64,000 bases of DNA, taken from assembly GCA_038227875.1 (NCBI GenBank), contig JBBRPR010000011.1, positions 126,402 through 190,401 of the forward strand. The letters run 5' to 3'. The stretch comes from Planctomycetota bacterium. Lineage in GTDB: Bacteria; Planctomycetota; SZUA-567; H5-PLA8. The notes under the pieces were generated by a model. The model ran no database searches and was not told the DNA's origin. It saw nothing but the letters and a program-made list of their open reading frames with translations. The translations under genes and the position numbers were made by a program. The stretch's first letter is position 1; each line of letters begins with the position of its first letter. This document shows, piece after piece, positions 18,563 through 28,364 of this stretch.

Positions 18563-20788
18563 ATGGCGGCGAAAAAGGCAGCGATTACCAAGGCTGAAAA
18601 AGGAGCCGAAAGGGGCGGCGGTACGGCGGAAGCCGAACCGGCAAAGACCAACGCACCTTATATAGTCTTCGCGCGGCGCTTCCGTCCGAATACCTTCGCC
18701 GAAGTTGCCGGCCAGACGGCCGTGACGAATGCGCTACGCCAGGCTCTGAAAACCGGACGATTGGCGCAGGCCTACCTTTTCTGCGGACCCCGCGGCGTCG
18801 GCAAAACCAGTCTCGCCCGCATCGTCGCCAAGTCGCTCAACTGCCTGAATGGCTCCGGCCCCGGCGGCATGGCCGAAGAGCCCTGCAACAGTTGCGACTC
18901 GTGCACCGAAATTCAAAACGGTCATTCGTTCGACGTGATCGAAATGGACGCCGCCACCAACCGTGGCATCGAAGAGATCCGTTCGCTGCGCGACAATGTC
19001 GGACTCGCGCCGGCCAAGTCGCGCTTCAAAGTCTACATCATCGACGAAGTTCATATGCTCACCAAGGAAGCATGGAACGCGTTCCTGAAGACGCTGGAAG
19101 AGCCGCCGCCGCACGTCAAATTCATCTTCGCCACCACCGATCCCAACAACGTTCCCGAAACGATCCTGAGCCGCTGTCAGCGCTACGACCTGCGCCGCAT
19201 CGGTCCGGCCGACATCATCAAGCGCTTGAAACAGATCTGCGAAATGGAGAGCGTCGAGTTCGAAGAAATGGCGCTCTCCCGCATCGCGTCGCTCTCCCGC
19301 GGAGGTCTGCGCGACGCCGAAGGTCTGCTCGACCAGGCCGTCAATCTCGGCTCGGGGAAAGTAACCGACACGGTCGTACGCGATCTTTCCGGCGCGGCGC
19401 CCGATGAGCTGGTCTTCGAGATGCTGAAAAGCTGCGCGCAGGGCAACACCGGCGACGTGCTGATCAAAACCCACACCGCGCTGGAAGCCGGCGCCGATCC
19501 CGACGACATGCTCGAATCGATGGTCGAACGCCTGCGCGCGACACTGCTGGCGAAAGTCTGCGGCCCCGATTCGCCGCTGCTGGAAGGCCAGCTCCATCTC
19601 AAAGCGCTGATGGTCGAACTCGGCGGGCTGCTGAGCGAAGATCAGATCCTGATGTTGATTCAACTGTTCACCGCCGCGCGCCGCCAGGCCCGCGACGCGG
19701 CGCAGGCGCGCTTGCCGCTGGAGATGGCGCTGATCCGCGCGTCCCGCGCCGGCGATCTGGTGGAACTGGGCAAGCTGGTGAAGGCGATGGAGTCGGGCGC
19801 GGCCATCGGAGGGTCTGCGCCCAAGCCGGGCGGCCCCGGTGGTTCGGCCAGTCCGCCCGCGCGGGAGGCCCCCCGCCCAAATTCGGAAGGCCGCTCGGCG
19901 GGCGATAACACTGCCCGTCCGGCGGCCGCATCGATCTCCGCCCCGGCGCCACGTCAGAGCGCCCCGGCTGCTCAAAATCCGTTACCGGTTGAAGGCGACG
20001 CGTGGGCCCAGGTGCTGATCAGTATGAAGAATCTGAAAGGAGGAGCCTTCCTGCACGGCGCATTGACTCACGCGCGGACCGTGCGGTTGAACGCGCCCAA
20101 CGGCACGCTGCAACTCGGCTTCACCTCCGATCAGTTGCTCTACAGCGACGCGCTGGACAAACCGCACAACCGCGCCGCGCTGCAGAACGTCTGCAAGGAA
20201 CTCTTTGGCCGCGAGTTTGAAACGACCGTGTCGCGCGTCAACGACGTGGCGGAAGTACGCGAAATCAACGCGCCGAATTTTTCCGCGCGCGTGACCATCG
20301 CCAAACCGGTTGCGCCGCCGCCTCCCCCGCCCTCTCCGGCTGCTCCAGCAAGGCCGCAAGCCTTTCAGCACAAGACCGCGCCGAGCGAAGCCGACGCGGA
20401 GAACATCAACATCGAAGATTCGAACGGCGGCGAAGCGGACGTCGAATTCGATGAACCCGGCGCGTTGCCACTGCCGGCGACGCAGGCCTCGAGCGACGAA
20501 GACGTCGGCCCCGCGGATCACGGCGACGCCGACGACGGAGACGTTCCCAGCACGCGGCCGGTTCCGGTCCCTCCAGTTCCGCCGGTGGCGATGAGTTCCG
20601 CGGCCCGCGAGGCGGCCGGACGCGCAGCGCGCGCCGCCACCGATCCGACGATGCTGAAGTCTGTCGCGGAACATCCGCTGGTTCAGTTGATCTTGAAAGA
20701 AACGGGCGGCACGGTCATGAACGTGAACCGCACGGCACCGAAGTCCGAGAAGCAGAAGGCAAAGCAGTCCGAAAAGAAGCCCGAATAG
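18563..20788 (+). CDS. dnaX: DNA polymerase III subunit gamma/tau
   Basis: ARRFRPNTF, GPRGVGKTS, Zn site (CLN..PCNSCDSC), IIDEVHML, TILSRCQ. Confidence 0.97.
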   Translation: MAAKKAAITKAEKGAERGGGTAEAEPAKTNAPYIVFARRFRPNTFAEVAGQTAVTNALRQALKTGRLAQAYLFCGPRGVGKTSLARIVAKSLNCLNGSGPGGMAEEPCNSCDSCTEIQNGHSFDVIEMDAATNRGIEEIRSLRDNVGLAPAKSRFKVYIIDEVHMLTKEAWNAFLKTLEEPPPHVKFIFATTDPNNVPETILSRCQRYDLRRIGPADIIKRLKQICEMESVEFEEMALSRIASLSRGGLRDAEGLLDQAVNLGSGKVTDTVVRDLSGAAPDELVFEMLKSCAQGNTGDVLIKTHTALEAGADPDDMLESMVERLRATLLAKVCGPDSPLLEGQLHLKALMVELGGLLSEDQILMLIQLFTAARRQARDAAQARLPLEMALIRASRAGDLVELGKLVKAMESGAAIGGSAPKPGGPGGSASPPAREAPRPNSEGRSAGDNTARPAAASISAPAPRQSAPAAQNPLPVEGDAWAQVLISMKNLKGGAFLHGALTHARTVRLNAPNGTLQLGFTSDQLLYSDALDKPHNRAALQNVCKELFGREFETTVSRVNDVAEVREINAPNFSARVTIAKPVAPPPPPPSPAAPARPQAFQHKTAPSEADAENINIEDSNGGEADVEFDEPGALPLPATQASSDEDVGPADHGDADDGDVPSTRPVPVPPVPPVAMSSAAREAAGRAARAATDPTMLKSVAEHPLVQLILKETGGTVMNVNRTAPKSEKQKAKQSEKKPE

Positions 20789-20799
20789 GAGTACGCCCC

Positions 20800-21129
20800 A
20801 TGTTCGATGGCCTAAAAGGCATGTCCGATGTGATGAAGTTGATGGGCCAGGCTGGCAAGATGAAAGAAAACATGGCCCAGGCGCAGGAACGCGCGCGCAA
20901 CCGCATGGCCGTCGGCGAAGCGGCGGCGGGACTGATCAAGGTGACGGCCAACGGCATCGGCGAGATCATCGCCGTGCGGGTCGATCCGGAAGCGCTGAAA
21001 GATCCGGAATTGCTGGGACCGCTGGTCGTCGCGGCGACGAATGCGGCGCTGAACAAGGGCAAGGAAGTGCTGGCGGAAGAAATGCGCACAGCGATGAAGG
21101 GCATCGATCTACCACCAGGACTGATGTAA
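20800..21129 (+). CDS. ybaB: YbaB/EbfC nucleoid-associated protein
   Basis: GEAAAGLIKVTANG, LVVAATNAAL; located between dnaX and recR. Confidence 0.93.
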   Translation: MFDGLKGMSDVMKLMGQAGKMKENMAQAQERARNRMAVGEAAAGLIKVTANGIGEIIAVRVDPEALKDPELLGPLVVAATNAALNKGKEVLAEEMRTAMKGIDLPPGLM

Positions 21130-21131
21130 AC

Positions 21132-21767
21132 GTGGCCAAAAGTGCGCAGCGGACAATCGACGCCGGACCTCCCGCCGACAGTTTCGAGCGGCTGATCCGG
21201 GAAATGGAAAAGCTGCCCGGCATCGGCCGGCGCTCGGCGGAACGCATGGCGTATCACGTGCTCGGGGCGAGCAAGGACGAAGCGATGGCGCTGGCGTACG
21301 CGATCCGCGATGTGAAGCGCAACCTGCATCCCTGCGCCATCTGCGGAGACCTGACCGAAGGCGCGCAGTGCGCCATCTGCGGCGACGCGCGCCGCGATGG
21401 CAGCCTGATCTGCGTGGTCGAGTGGCCGCGGGACGTTCGCGCGATCGAGAAGTCCGGCGAATTCAAAGGCCGCTTCCACGTGCTGATGGGCCGGCTCTCA
21501 CCGCTCAGCGGTGTGGGGCCCGACGACCTGCGCATCGGATTGCTGCTCGAGCGAATCAAGCGCGGCGGCGTGACGGAATTGCTGCTGGCGACGAGTCCTT
21601 CGGTGGAAGGCGACGCCACGGCGGCGTTTCTCGCGCAGCAGGTGAAGGCTGCGGACGCCCATGTCCGCACTACGCGCCTGGCGCGCGGCGTGCCGGAAGG
21701 CAGTGAATTGAGTTTTGCGCAGAGCGGCACGATTGGTGAAGCGCTGCGCGGTAGACGGGACGTGTAA
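21132..21767 (+). CDS. recR: Recombination mediator RecR
   Basis: LPGIGRRSAERMAY, C4 zinc finger CAIC..CAIC, ICVVE, SVEGDATA, TRLARGVP. Confidence 0.97.
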   Translation: MAKSAQRTIDAGPPADSFERLIREMEKLPGIGRRSAERMAYHVLGASKDEAMALAYAIRDVKRNLHPCAICGDLTEGAQCAICGDARRDGSLICVVEWPRDVRAIEKSGEFKGRFHVLMGRLSPLSGVGPDDLRIGLLLERIKRGGVTELLLATSPSVEGDATAAFLAQQVKAADAHVRTTRLARGVPEGSELSFAQSGTIGEALRGRRDV

Positions 21768-21831
21768 GTCCGACGTTTGACGTTCAGGTGTTGTGCTGTG
21801 TCAGTGGTCAATAGGCGAAGCGAGGTGTTGC

Positions 21832-23313
21832 ATGCAGATCTCACAGAACTTCTCACAACGGATGGAACAGAAGCTGGTCATGACCCGGCAGATGATCCAG
21901 TCGATCGAGATGCTGCAGTTGCCGTTGATGGACCTGATGCAGAACATCAATCAGGAATTGGTCGCCAACCCGTGGCTGGAACAGCGCGACGGCGAAGTGA
22001 CCACCGAAGCGCCCGAGCTTGGCCCCAAGGAACAGGCCGAAGCCGACCGCAAACAGAAGGAAGCGACCAGCGAGACAGATGCACGCGTCAAGCGCCTGGA
22101 AAGCCTGATGCGCGAATGGAACGACCCGAACACGCGTTCCAGCAGCGGCATGGTCCGGCGCGGCGGCGAAGACGACGCGAAGATGGAAGCGATGCAGAAC
22201 ACCGCCGCGCCCTCCACGTCACTCGAAGAACATCTATTGCAGCAGCTCCACCTCAGCCGCGAAGAACCGCGCTTGAAGGAACTGGCGGAAGTGATCGTCG
22301 GTTCGCTGGACGTCGACGGCTACCTGAAAGTGCCGCTGATGGATCTCTTCTACAAAACGTCCGACGGCATCCGCCAGGAACTGGTCCCCGGCGGCGCGAC
22401 GGAAGAAGAGGCGGAGTTCAGCCTTGAACTCGTCCAGAGTTTCGATCCCGCCGGCGTCGGCGCGCGCAACATGCAGGAGTGCCTGATTCTGCAGCTCCGC
22501 CGCCTGACGGAAGACACGGAGTTCGAAGAGCAGCTCATCGAGAAACACATGGACGACCTCGGCCACAACCGCCTGCCGAAGATCGCCAAGGACATGGGCG
22601 TGAGCGTTGACCGCATCAAGGAAGGTCTCGCGCACATCGCCCATTTGAATCCCAAGCCCGGCCGCGGCTTCGGCGGCACGCGCCCGCAGTACGTCGTGCC
22701 CGACGTTCATGTCGAAGAGATCGACAACCAGTTCGTGATCCGCATCAACGAGCACTTCCTCCCGACGCTGCGCATCTCCGGCGATTCGCTGCAGCTGCTC
22801 AAGAAAGAAGCGAAGGACGCGGCGGTGCGCGATTACATCATGGGCAAGCTGGGTTCGGCGGTGTGGCTGATGGAATCGGTGATCCAGCGCCGCAATACGC
22901 TCTACCGCATCACGCAGCAGATCGTCGACATTCAGAAGGACTTTTTCGAACACGGCCCGTCGCATCTGAAGCCGCTGATGATGCAGGAAGTCGCGGAGCG
23001 CATCGGCATGCACGTGTCGACGGTCTCGCGCGCGCTGGCCGGGAAGTACATCCAGACGCCGCAGGGACTGTTCCCGATGAAGTACTTCTTCACGGGCGGA
23101 TTCTCGACGCAGGACGGTGAAGCCGAATCGAATCGTGCGATCATGCTCAAGATCCAGGAGATGGTGAAAGGCGAAGACAAACACAATCCACTGAGCGACC
23201 AGGAAATCGTCGCTCGGCTGCAGTCCGACGGCGTGGACATCGCGCGCCGCACGGTGGCGAAGTACCGCGAGAAGCTGAATATTCCGAGCAGCCGGCAGCG
23301 GAAGGAATACTGA
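21832..23313 (+). CDS. rpoN: RNA polymerase sigma-54 factor
   Basis: Q/L-rich region I, DPAGVGAR, HVSTVSRA, RpoN box ARRTVAKYRE. Confidence 0.98.
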   Translation: MQISQNFSQRMEQKLVMTRQMIQSIEMLQLPLMDLMQNINQELVANPWLEQRDGEVTTEAPELGPKEQAEADRKQKEATSETDARVKRLESLMREWNDPNTRSSSGMVRRGGEDDAKMEAMQNTAAPSTSLEEHLLQQLHLSREEPRLKELAEVIVGSLDVDGYLKVPLMDLFYKTSDGIRQELVPGGATEEEAEFSLELVQSFDPAGVGARNMQECLILQLRRLTEDTEFEEQLIEKHMDDLGHNRLPKIAKDMGVSVDRIKEGLAHIAHLNPKPGRGFGGTRPQYVVPDVHVEEIDNQFVIRINEHFLPTLRISGDSLQLLKKEAKDAAVRDYIMGKLGSAVWLMESVIQRRNTLYRITQQIVDIQKDFFEHGPSHLKPLMMQEVAERIGMHVSTVSRALAGKYIQTPQGLFPMKYFFTGGFSTQDGEAESNRAIMLKIQEMVKGEDKHNPLSDQEIVARLQSDGVDIARRTVAKYREKLNIPSSRQRKEY

Positions 23314-23413
23314 GCGACGTCTCCGTCAGTTTTGAGTTTTTAGTTTTGAGTTTTGAATTTATACTGCCGCGGCAGTTCGATGCTCATTTCCCTACGGCAG
23401 GTACGTTTTTCAG

Positions 23414-24286
23414 ATGTCCGAAATCTCACCAGAAATCAAATGCGAACGCTGTTCCCGTTCGCTCCACGCTGAACGGCCCGTGCGGCTTCCCGATACTCAC
23501 ATCTACTGCGCGGCGTGCTGTGAGAGCATGGCGGCGGCGGATTTTGAGATGGAGACGGGCGAACTTTTCACGCGCTGGATTGAGAAGCACCCCGAATTGG
23601 TGATGAAGTATCAGCCGCTGGAACTGACCGTGCGGCGCTTTGGGTTTTTCTTTCCGATGGTGCTGGCGCTGCTGGGCCTGGCGCTGATCGGTTACGGCAT
23701 CGTGCAGAGCATTCGACAGGAGGTTCCGGCGCTCTTTCTTGCGGCCGGATTGCTCGTACCCATCGGCGTCGGGCTGCTCTGGTACGCCTTCGAGCAGGAT
23801 TGGCTGAAGAAGGTGCTGCCGCTGAAGATTCTCGGCTTCCTCTTCATCGCGGCGATTCCCGTGTACGGCTTCATGGGATGCATGAAGTTCGGATTTGCGT
23901 TCGGATATATCGTTCTGGGCGCGGTGGTGATGGCGTTTTTCGCTCTGCTGGCGGTCAACGGCCTGCAGGCCTATCTGCGCGCGTTGAATTTCAAGCTCTC
24001 GCTCAAGGAAGGCATATTTTATCTCCAGCATGGCTCGCGTTCGGAGACCTTCTCCGCCGACGAGGTCACGAAAGCCTGCATCGTCCGTCCCGGCACTGTA
24101 GGCGCGACCGAAGGAGCGCTGGAACTGCGCGATGGCCGCATGCTGACGCTGGATACGTGCCTCTCCGACCTGCATGCGCTGGGCGTGGTGATGGATCTGC
24201 GATTCCGCCAGGAATTTCCGCCGAGTGCCGACGATCTGGCGCGGATCCGGCGCGAGAATCTCCGCAAGATACGCGGCTTGAGTTAG
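23414..24286 (+). CDS. Membrane protein with N-terminal CxxC...CxxC zinc-ribbon-like motif
   Basis: CERC...YCAAC, four hydrophobic segments, beta-rich C-terminus. Confidence 0.7.
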   Translation: MSEISPEIKCERCSRSLHAERPVRLPDTHIYCAACCESMAAADFEMETGELFTRWIEKHPELVMKYQPLELTVRRFGFFFPMVLALLGLALIGYGIVQSIRQEVPALFLAAGLLVPIGVGLLWYAFEQDWLKKVLPLKILGFLFIAAIPVYGFMGCMKFGFAFGYIVLGAVVMAFFALLAVNGLQAYLRALNFKLSLKEGIFYLQHGSRSETFSADEVTKACIVRPGTVGATEGALELRDGRMLTLDTCLSDLHALGVVMDLRFRQEFPPSADDLARIRRENLRKIRGLS

Positions 24287-24690
24287 GGCATTTAGATCGA
24301 TTTGAATAATTCGGTGATGAACGTTGCGTCTGGAATTCGGTCTTTGCTCGTCTGAATATCGATGGATTTCATGTCGGCTTATTCATTTCAATCTACCACG
24401 CGAAACCGGCGTGGGCGCCGGAATTATTTTCTCCATTTTCTCTTTCGCGCCTTAACACCTTGAGCTCTCTCATTTAGCGACGCGAAACTTTCTTCTCAAT
24501 TCCGTTTAAAGCGGACGGCTGTGAAATTGCATGGTTTCCTATTGGTGTGAATGGGGTTTTTCGCCTGTGGAGGCTTAAAGCTATGAATCGCACACTATTC
24601 AAAAGCGGGATTTTCGATCCGAGCGAACACAACACAGTTACGCCGATGATGTCCATGGCGCATCTGAATGACAAACCGGAGGACTTTCAA

Positions 24691-25455
24691 ATGGAACGTC
24701 ACTTTAGCGTTGGACTCTTCGATACCCTGTCCCAAGCCCAGAACGCCGTCACCGACGCAGTGACCCACGGCGTGGAAAAGCGCGATATCACCGTGGCGGT
24801 TTCCGATGATATTCCGGAAGCAACCCGGGCCATCTGGAACGATATCAACGTAATCCATCCCGGTGCCGATTCACTCCGCGGCTACGTCGCCGGCGGCATT
24901 GGCGGCGCGGTGGGCGCGTTTGCCGGTTCGTTAAGCATGTTTTTTCTGGGCCAATCGGCCGTGCTGCCGCAAATGCCCGGCGCGGCGCTGGGGATTGGAG
25001 CGCTGTTCGGTGCGCTGGTCGGCGCAGGCCTGGGCGCGGGAGTGGCCCGCATGTGGCCCAGTATCATGTCGGAACTGATGCATCGCCCGCTGTCTGAAGC
25101 GGCGATGAATCAGCTCGGCACTTATTCCGATAACAACCGTTCGATGGCAGCCGGAATGCTCGGCGGCCTGTTCGGCTCGGTGGCGGGAATCCTGGCGAGC
25201 TATCTTGTCGGCATTCAGGACATGTACTTCTTCGTCGGAATGGGTTTCTTTGCCGGAGCTTCGGCGACGGTGGTGGGCAGTCTCGTCGGCGGCATGAGCG
25301 GACGGGGTCTTTCATCCAAGGCGCTGGGCAATACGGAACAACTGGCGGACGCCGGGCATTCGGTGCTGGTCTCCATCAATTGCGCCGACACCAGGCGCTC
25401 GGAAATTGAAGCCATGCTGCTCAACGACGGCGCCAAGCTGGTGCGCGACGCGTAA
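24691..25455 (+). CDS. Glycine-zipper membrane protein (general-stress/YflT-like N-terminus)
   Basis: VGLFDTLSQAQNAV..GVEKRDITV; two GxxxG-rich hairpins; C-terminal VLVSIN..IEAMLLNDGAK; GGAGG RBS before ATG 24691. Confidence 0.72.
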   Translation: MERHFSVGLFDTLSQAQNAVTDAVTHGVEKRDITVAVSDDIPEATRAIWNDINVIHPGADSLRGYVAGGIGGAVGAFAGSLSMFFLGQSAVLPQMPGAALGIGALFGALVGAGLGAGVARMWPSIMSELMHRPLSEAAMNQLGTYSDNNRSMAAGMLGGLFGSVAGILASYLVGIQDMYFFVGMGFFAGASATVVGSLVGGMSGRGLSSKALGNTEQLADAGHSVLVSINCADTRRSEIEAMLLNDGAKLVRDA

Positions 25456-25493
25456 ATCAACACGGGGGGAATCCAAGCCTTTCATTGAGGAGA

Positions 25494-25934
25494 ATGAACA
25501 TGGACCTGCTGAATGTAGCGCGCGTGCCGCCGGTAATGGCCGCGCCCACGATGACCATCGCCGAAGCCCTGAAGCGCATGGTAACGTTCAATGTCGGTGC
25601 CGTCGTGGTCGTCGACAACGAGCGGCGCATCATCGGCATCTTCAGTGAACGGGACGTCGTCCGCCGCGTCGCGATCAAGCATCTGGACGTTGAAAGCACG
25701 CCGATCTCTCACGTGATGTCTTTAAACGTGGAGACGGCGACGCCCGAAACAACGATTGAGGAGGCGCTGACACGGATGATCCGCGGCCACTTCCGGCACC
25801 TGCCGATCGTGGACACGCTCAACCGCGTGATCGGGATCGTCTCCGTGCGCTACCTGCTGATGCGGCAACTCGGAGAGAATCGGTTGATGCGACGGATCAT
25901 GGAATCGGAATTGGAACTGGCGGAAATGGTTTAA
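25494..25934 (+). CDS. CBS-domain pair protein
   Basis: TIAEALKRM..NVGAVVVVD..IGIFSERD; HFRHLPIVD..IGIVSVR. Confidence 0.92.
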   Translation: MNMDLLNVARVPPVMAAPTMTIAEALKRMVTFNVGAVVVVDNERRIIGIFSERDVVRRVAIKHLDVESTPISHVMSLNVETATPETTIEEALTRMIRGHFRHLPIVDTLNRVIGIVSVRYLLMRQLGENRLMRRIMESELELAEMV

Positions 25935-27131
25935 CTAAAACGGGTAGAACGAAACCACATCGCCCGCTTTCAATTCCGTATCCACGCGCTGCACAAACAA
26001 ACCATCTGCTCCGGCTAACGCGGCCAAATGACCGGAGCCGTGCCATTCCAGCGGCGCGACGGCGGCCAGACCATCCTTGGTCGTCAGTTTGCAAGGCCGG
26101 AAGGTCGGGCGGTCGCCACTGGCTTTTAGGTCCGCGGCGATCGGCAACGGAATCCAACGCGGCAACGGATCGGCAGCGCCCATGCGTTGTCGTAGCGCGG
26201 TCATGACGAAGAGATGAAAGCAGACCAGCGCCGCGACGGGATTGCCGGGCAGGCCAAATACAATCCGGTCGCCGCGCACGCCGAAGGTCGTGGGCTTGCC
26301 GGGTTTCACGGCGATCTTGTCGAAGCGAATGTCGACGCCCAATTCCGTCAACGACGCGCCGACGTGATCGTGAGCGCCAACACTCACGCCGCCGGTTGAG
26401 ATCAGTACGTCCGATTCCAAACCCGTTTCGATCAACTTGCGTGTCTGCTCGCGTTCGTCGCGCGCAACGCCGAGGTATTTCGCAGCGAAGTGATTGGCGG
26501 CGCACTGCGTCAGCAATTGGTAGCTGTTGGAATTGCGGATCTGCGCCGCGCCGGGTGTCTCGCTGGGTTCGACGAGTTCATTGCCGGTGCCCAGCACCGC
26601 GATCGTCGGCCTGCGGCGCACGGGAACCTGGGCACAGCCGACGGTCGCAAGAATTCCCACTTCGGCCGTGCCGATATACGCGCCCTTCGTCAGCACGGCC
26701 TGGCCCGTGCGCGCATCTTCGCCGCGCGGCGACACGTTCTGGCCGCTGCGCATCTTCATTTCGAAGCAGACATATCCGGGCCTCGGAATGGACGTGCGCT
26801 CCTGCATGATCACGGCGTCGGCTCCCGGCGGCAGCGGAGCTCCGGTCATGATGCGGATGGCTTGACCGGGCTTCAGCGGATTCGTGGCGCTGGCACCGGC
26901 GGCGACTGCTTCGATCACCTCCAGCACATCCGGCGCGCTGCGCGTGTCGCTGGCGAGAACCGCGTAACCGTCGACGGTGCAGCGGTCGAAGGGCGGCAGA
27001 TCGCGATCGGCCAGCACATCTTCCGCGAGGTAGTGACCGAGCGCTTCGGTCAGCGGGACGCGGACGATGGGGGCCTGCGGCGTGTGTTCGAGGATCAGCG
27101 CAAACGCGCGTTCGACGGGGATCAGAGCCAT
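25935..27131 (-). CDS. moeA: Molybdopterin molybdenumtransferase (gephyrin-like)
   Basis: PPFDRCTVDGYA, IMTGAPLPPGADAVIMQE, TGNEL, TGGVSVG, KPGKP, GLPGNPVA. Confidence 0.95.
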   Translation of the reverse strand: MALIPVERAFALILEHTPQAPIVRVPLTEALGHYLAEDVLADRDLPPFDRCTVDGYAVLASDTRSAPDVLEVIEAVAAGASATNPLKPGQAIRIMTGAPLPPGADAVIMQERTSIPRPGYVCFEMKMRSGQNVSPRGEDARTGQAVLTKGAYIGTAEVGILATVGCAQVPVRRRPTIAVLGTGNELVEPSETPGAAQIRNSNSYQLLTQCAANHFAAKYLGVARDEREQTRKLIETGLESDVLISTGGVSVGAHDHVGASLTELGVDIRFDKIAVKPGKPTTFGVRGDRIVFGLPGNPVAALVCFHLFVMTALRQRMGAADPLPRWIPLPIAADLKASGDRPTFRPCKLTTKDGLAAVAPLEWHGSGHLAALAGADGLFVQRVDTELKAGDVVSFYPF

Positions 27132-27161
27132 GCCGGGGTTTTACTCGTAACGCAGCAGGAT

Positions 27162-28073
27162 TCAAACGTTCTGCGCCATCTTGCGAAACGTTCCGGGCGG
27201 CGCGCCCTTGTATTTCTTGAACATGCGCGAGAAGAAATAGATGTCCGAAAAGCCCACCTGGTCGGCGATCGTCTTGATCGGCTGCTCCGTCGTGAGCAGC
27301 AGATTCGCCGCAGCCTGCATGCGAAGCCGGTGCTGATAGGTGATCGGCGTCGTACCGTAGCGAGCCTTGAAACGGCGCGAGAAATAATTGGGCGTGAAGC
27401 CGATCATCTTCGCCAGATTCTCGAGTGAATGATGCTCGGCGTAGTGCAGATGAATGTATTCCTGTACCTGCTGGAGCGGATCATCCGTCGATTCCGGCGG
27501 TCGCTCGCGGAAAACGTGGGCGTAGAGCAGCAACAGCAGGCGCGCGAGACTCTCGTTGAGGAACAATTCCACGTCCGGCTGCTGCGAGAATCCCAGCCGG
27601 ACCATGCGCTCTATTTCGCTCATGACCAGGCCGTGGACTTCGGCGCTGAGCGTGGCACGCAGGATCGGCTGACAGCGCTTGCCCGTCCACGCCGAGAGCA
27701 TGGCCTGAAACGGAATCGTGAGCAACCGTTGGGCTCGGTCGCGGAATTCGAACGTCGCTTCGCAGTACTCCGCCGACTCGCCCGGCGCATTGCCGAAACT
27801 GTGCCACTCGCCCGGCGAGGTCAGGAACACGTGTCCGGCTTCGACGGCGTAACTTTTCTTCCCGACGACAAACGTCCCCTTTCCGCTGGTCACCAGGACC
27901 ACGTGATAGAGATCGTGAACGTGCGTCTTCCGCGCTTTGGGATGAGGAACATTGACGTTGCGAAACGTGCAGTGCAGCAGCTTGGCGAAATACGGCACGC
28001 GCTGCGGAATCACGAGCACGCCGCCGGGTCCGGACTGGGCGCTGGTGGTGAACATGCGGTTGATGACGGACAC
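27162..28073 (-). CDS. AraC family transcriptional regulator (cupin sensor)
   Basis: HVHDLYH cupin motif; C-terminal double HTH (YFSRRFK, IADQVGFSDIYFFSRMFKKYKG). Confidence 0.93.
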   Translation of the reverse strand: MSVINRMFTTSAQSGPGGVLVIPQRVPYFAKLLHCTFRNVNVPHPKARKTHVHDLYHVVLVTSGKGTFVVGKKSYAVEAGHVFLTSPGEWHSFGNAPGESAEYCEATFEFRDRAQRLLTIPFQAMLSAWTGKRCQPILRATLSAEVHGLVMSEIERMVRLGFSQQPDVELFLNESLARLLLLLYAHVFRERPPESTDDPLQQVQEYIHLHYAEHHSLENLAKMIGFTPNYFSRRFKARYGTTPITYQHRLRMQAAANLLLTTEQPIKTIADQVGFSDIYFFSRMFKKYKGAPPGTFRKMAQNV

Positions 28074-28110
28074 GGGGGGCGGCTCCTAGCGCGGCTGGTG
28101 GGAGTCCTTA

Positions 28111-28250
28111 ACGGAGTCATTGGTCATTGGGCATTCGTCATCGGTCATTTTTCAATTACGAGGAGCGTAGTGCTAAGCGAAGAACCTGTGCGCCGCTCCC
28201 CGTAGATGACAAATGAAAAATGACCAATGCCCGATGACCAATGATTCTGT
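28111..28250. repeat. Palindromic element A with (TTGGTCA/TTGGGCA) heptamer arms
   Basis: Left arm ACGGAGTCATTGGTCATTGGGCATT... is near-complementary to right arm ...AATGCCCGATGACCAATGATTCTGT; inner stem TACG-A-GGAGCG/CGCTCC-C-CGTA. Confidence 0.85.
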
Positions 28251-28290
28251 ATCTGTGCTAAATCGTACAAATCAACGTACTTTCAGTCCA

Positions 28291-28320
28291 TTGCCGTTCT
28301 GGGCTTTCGGAGGCTATATT
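28291..28320 (+). promoter_or_regulatory. Sigma70-type promoter of the PhyH-family gene
   Basis: TTGCCG-18 bp-TATATT; direct repeat CGTAC just upstream could be an AraC-type site. Confidence 0.45.
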
Positions 28321-28364
28321 GTCCAGCGTTGCGGGTGAAACGAATCTCTTACAGGAGAATTGCG

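Noticed and set aside
18563..20788. Programmed -1 frameshift in dnaX
   Set aside because: I did not see an A-AAA-AAG or long poly-A slippery site in the linker region.
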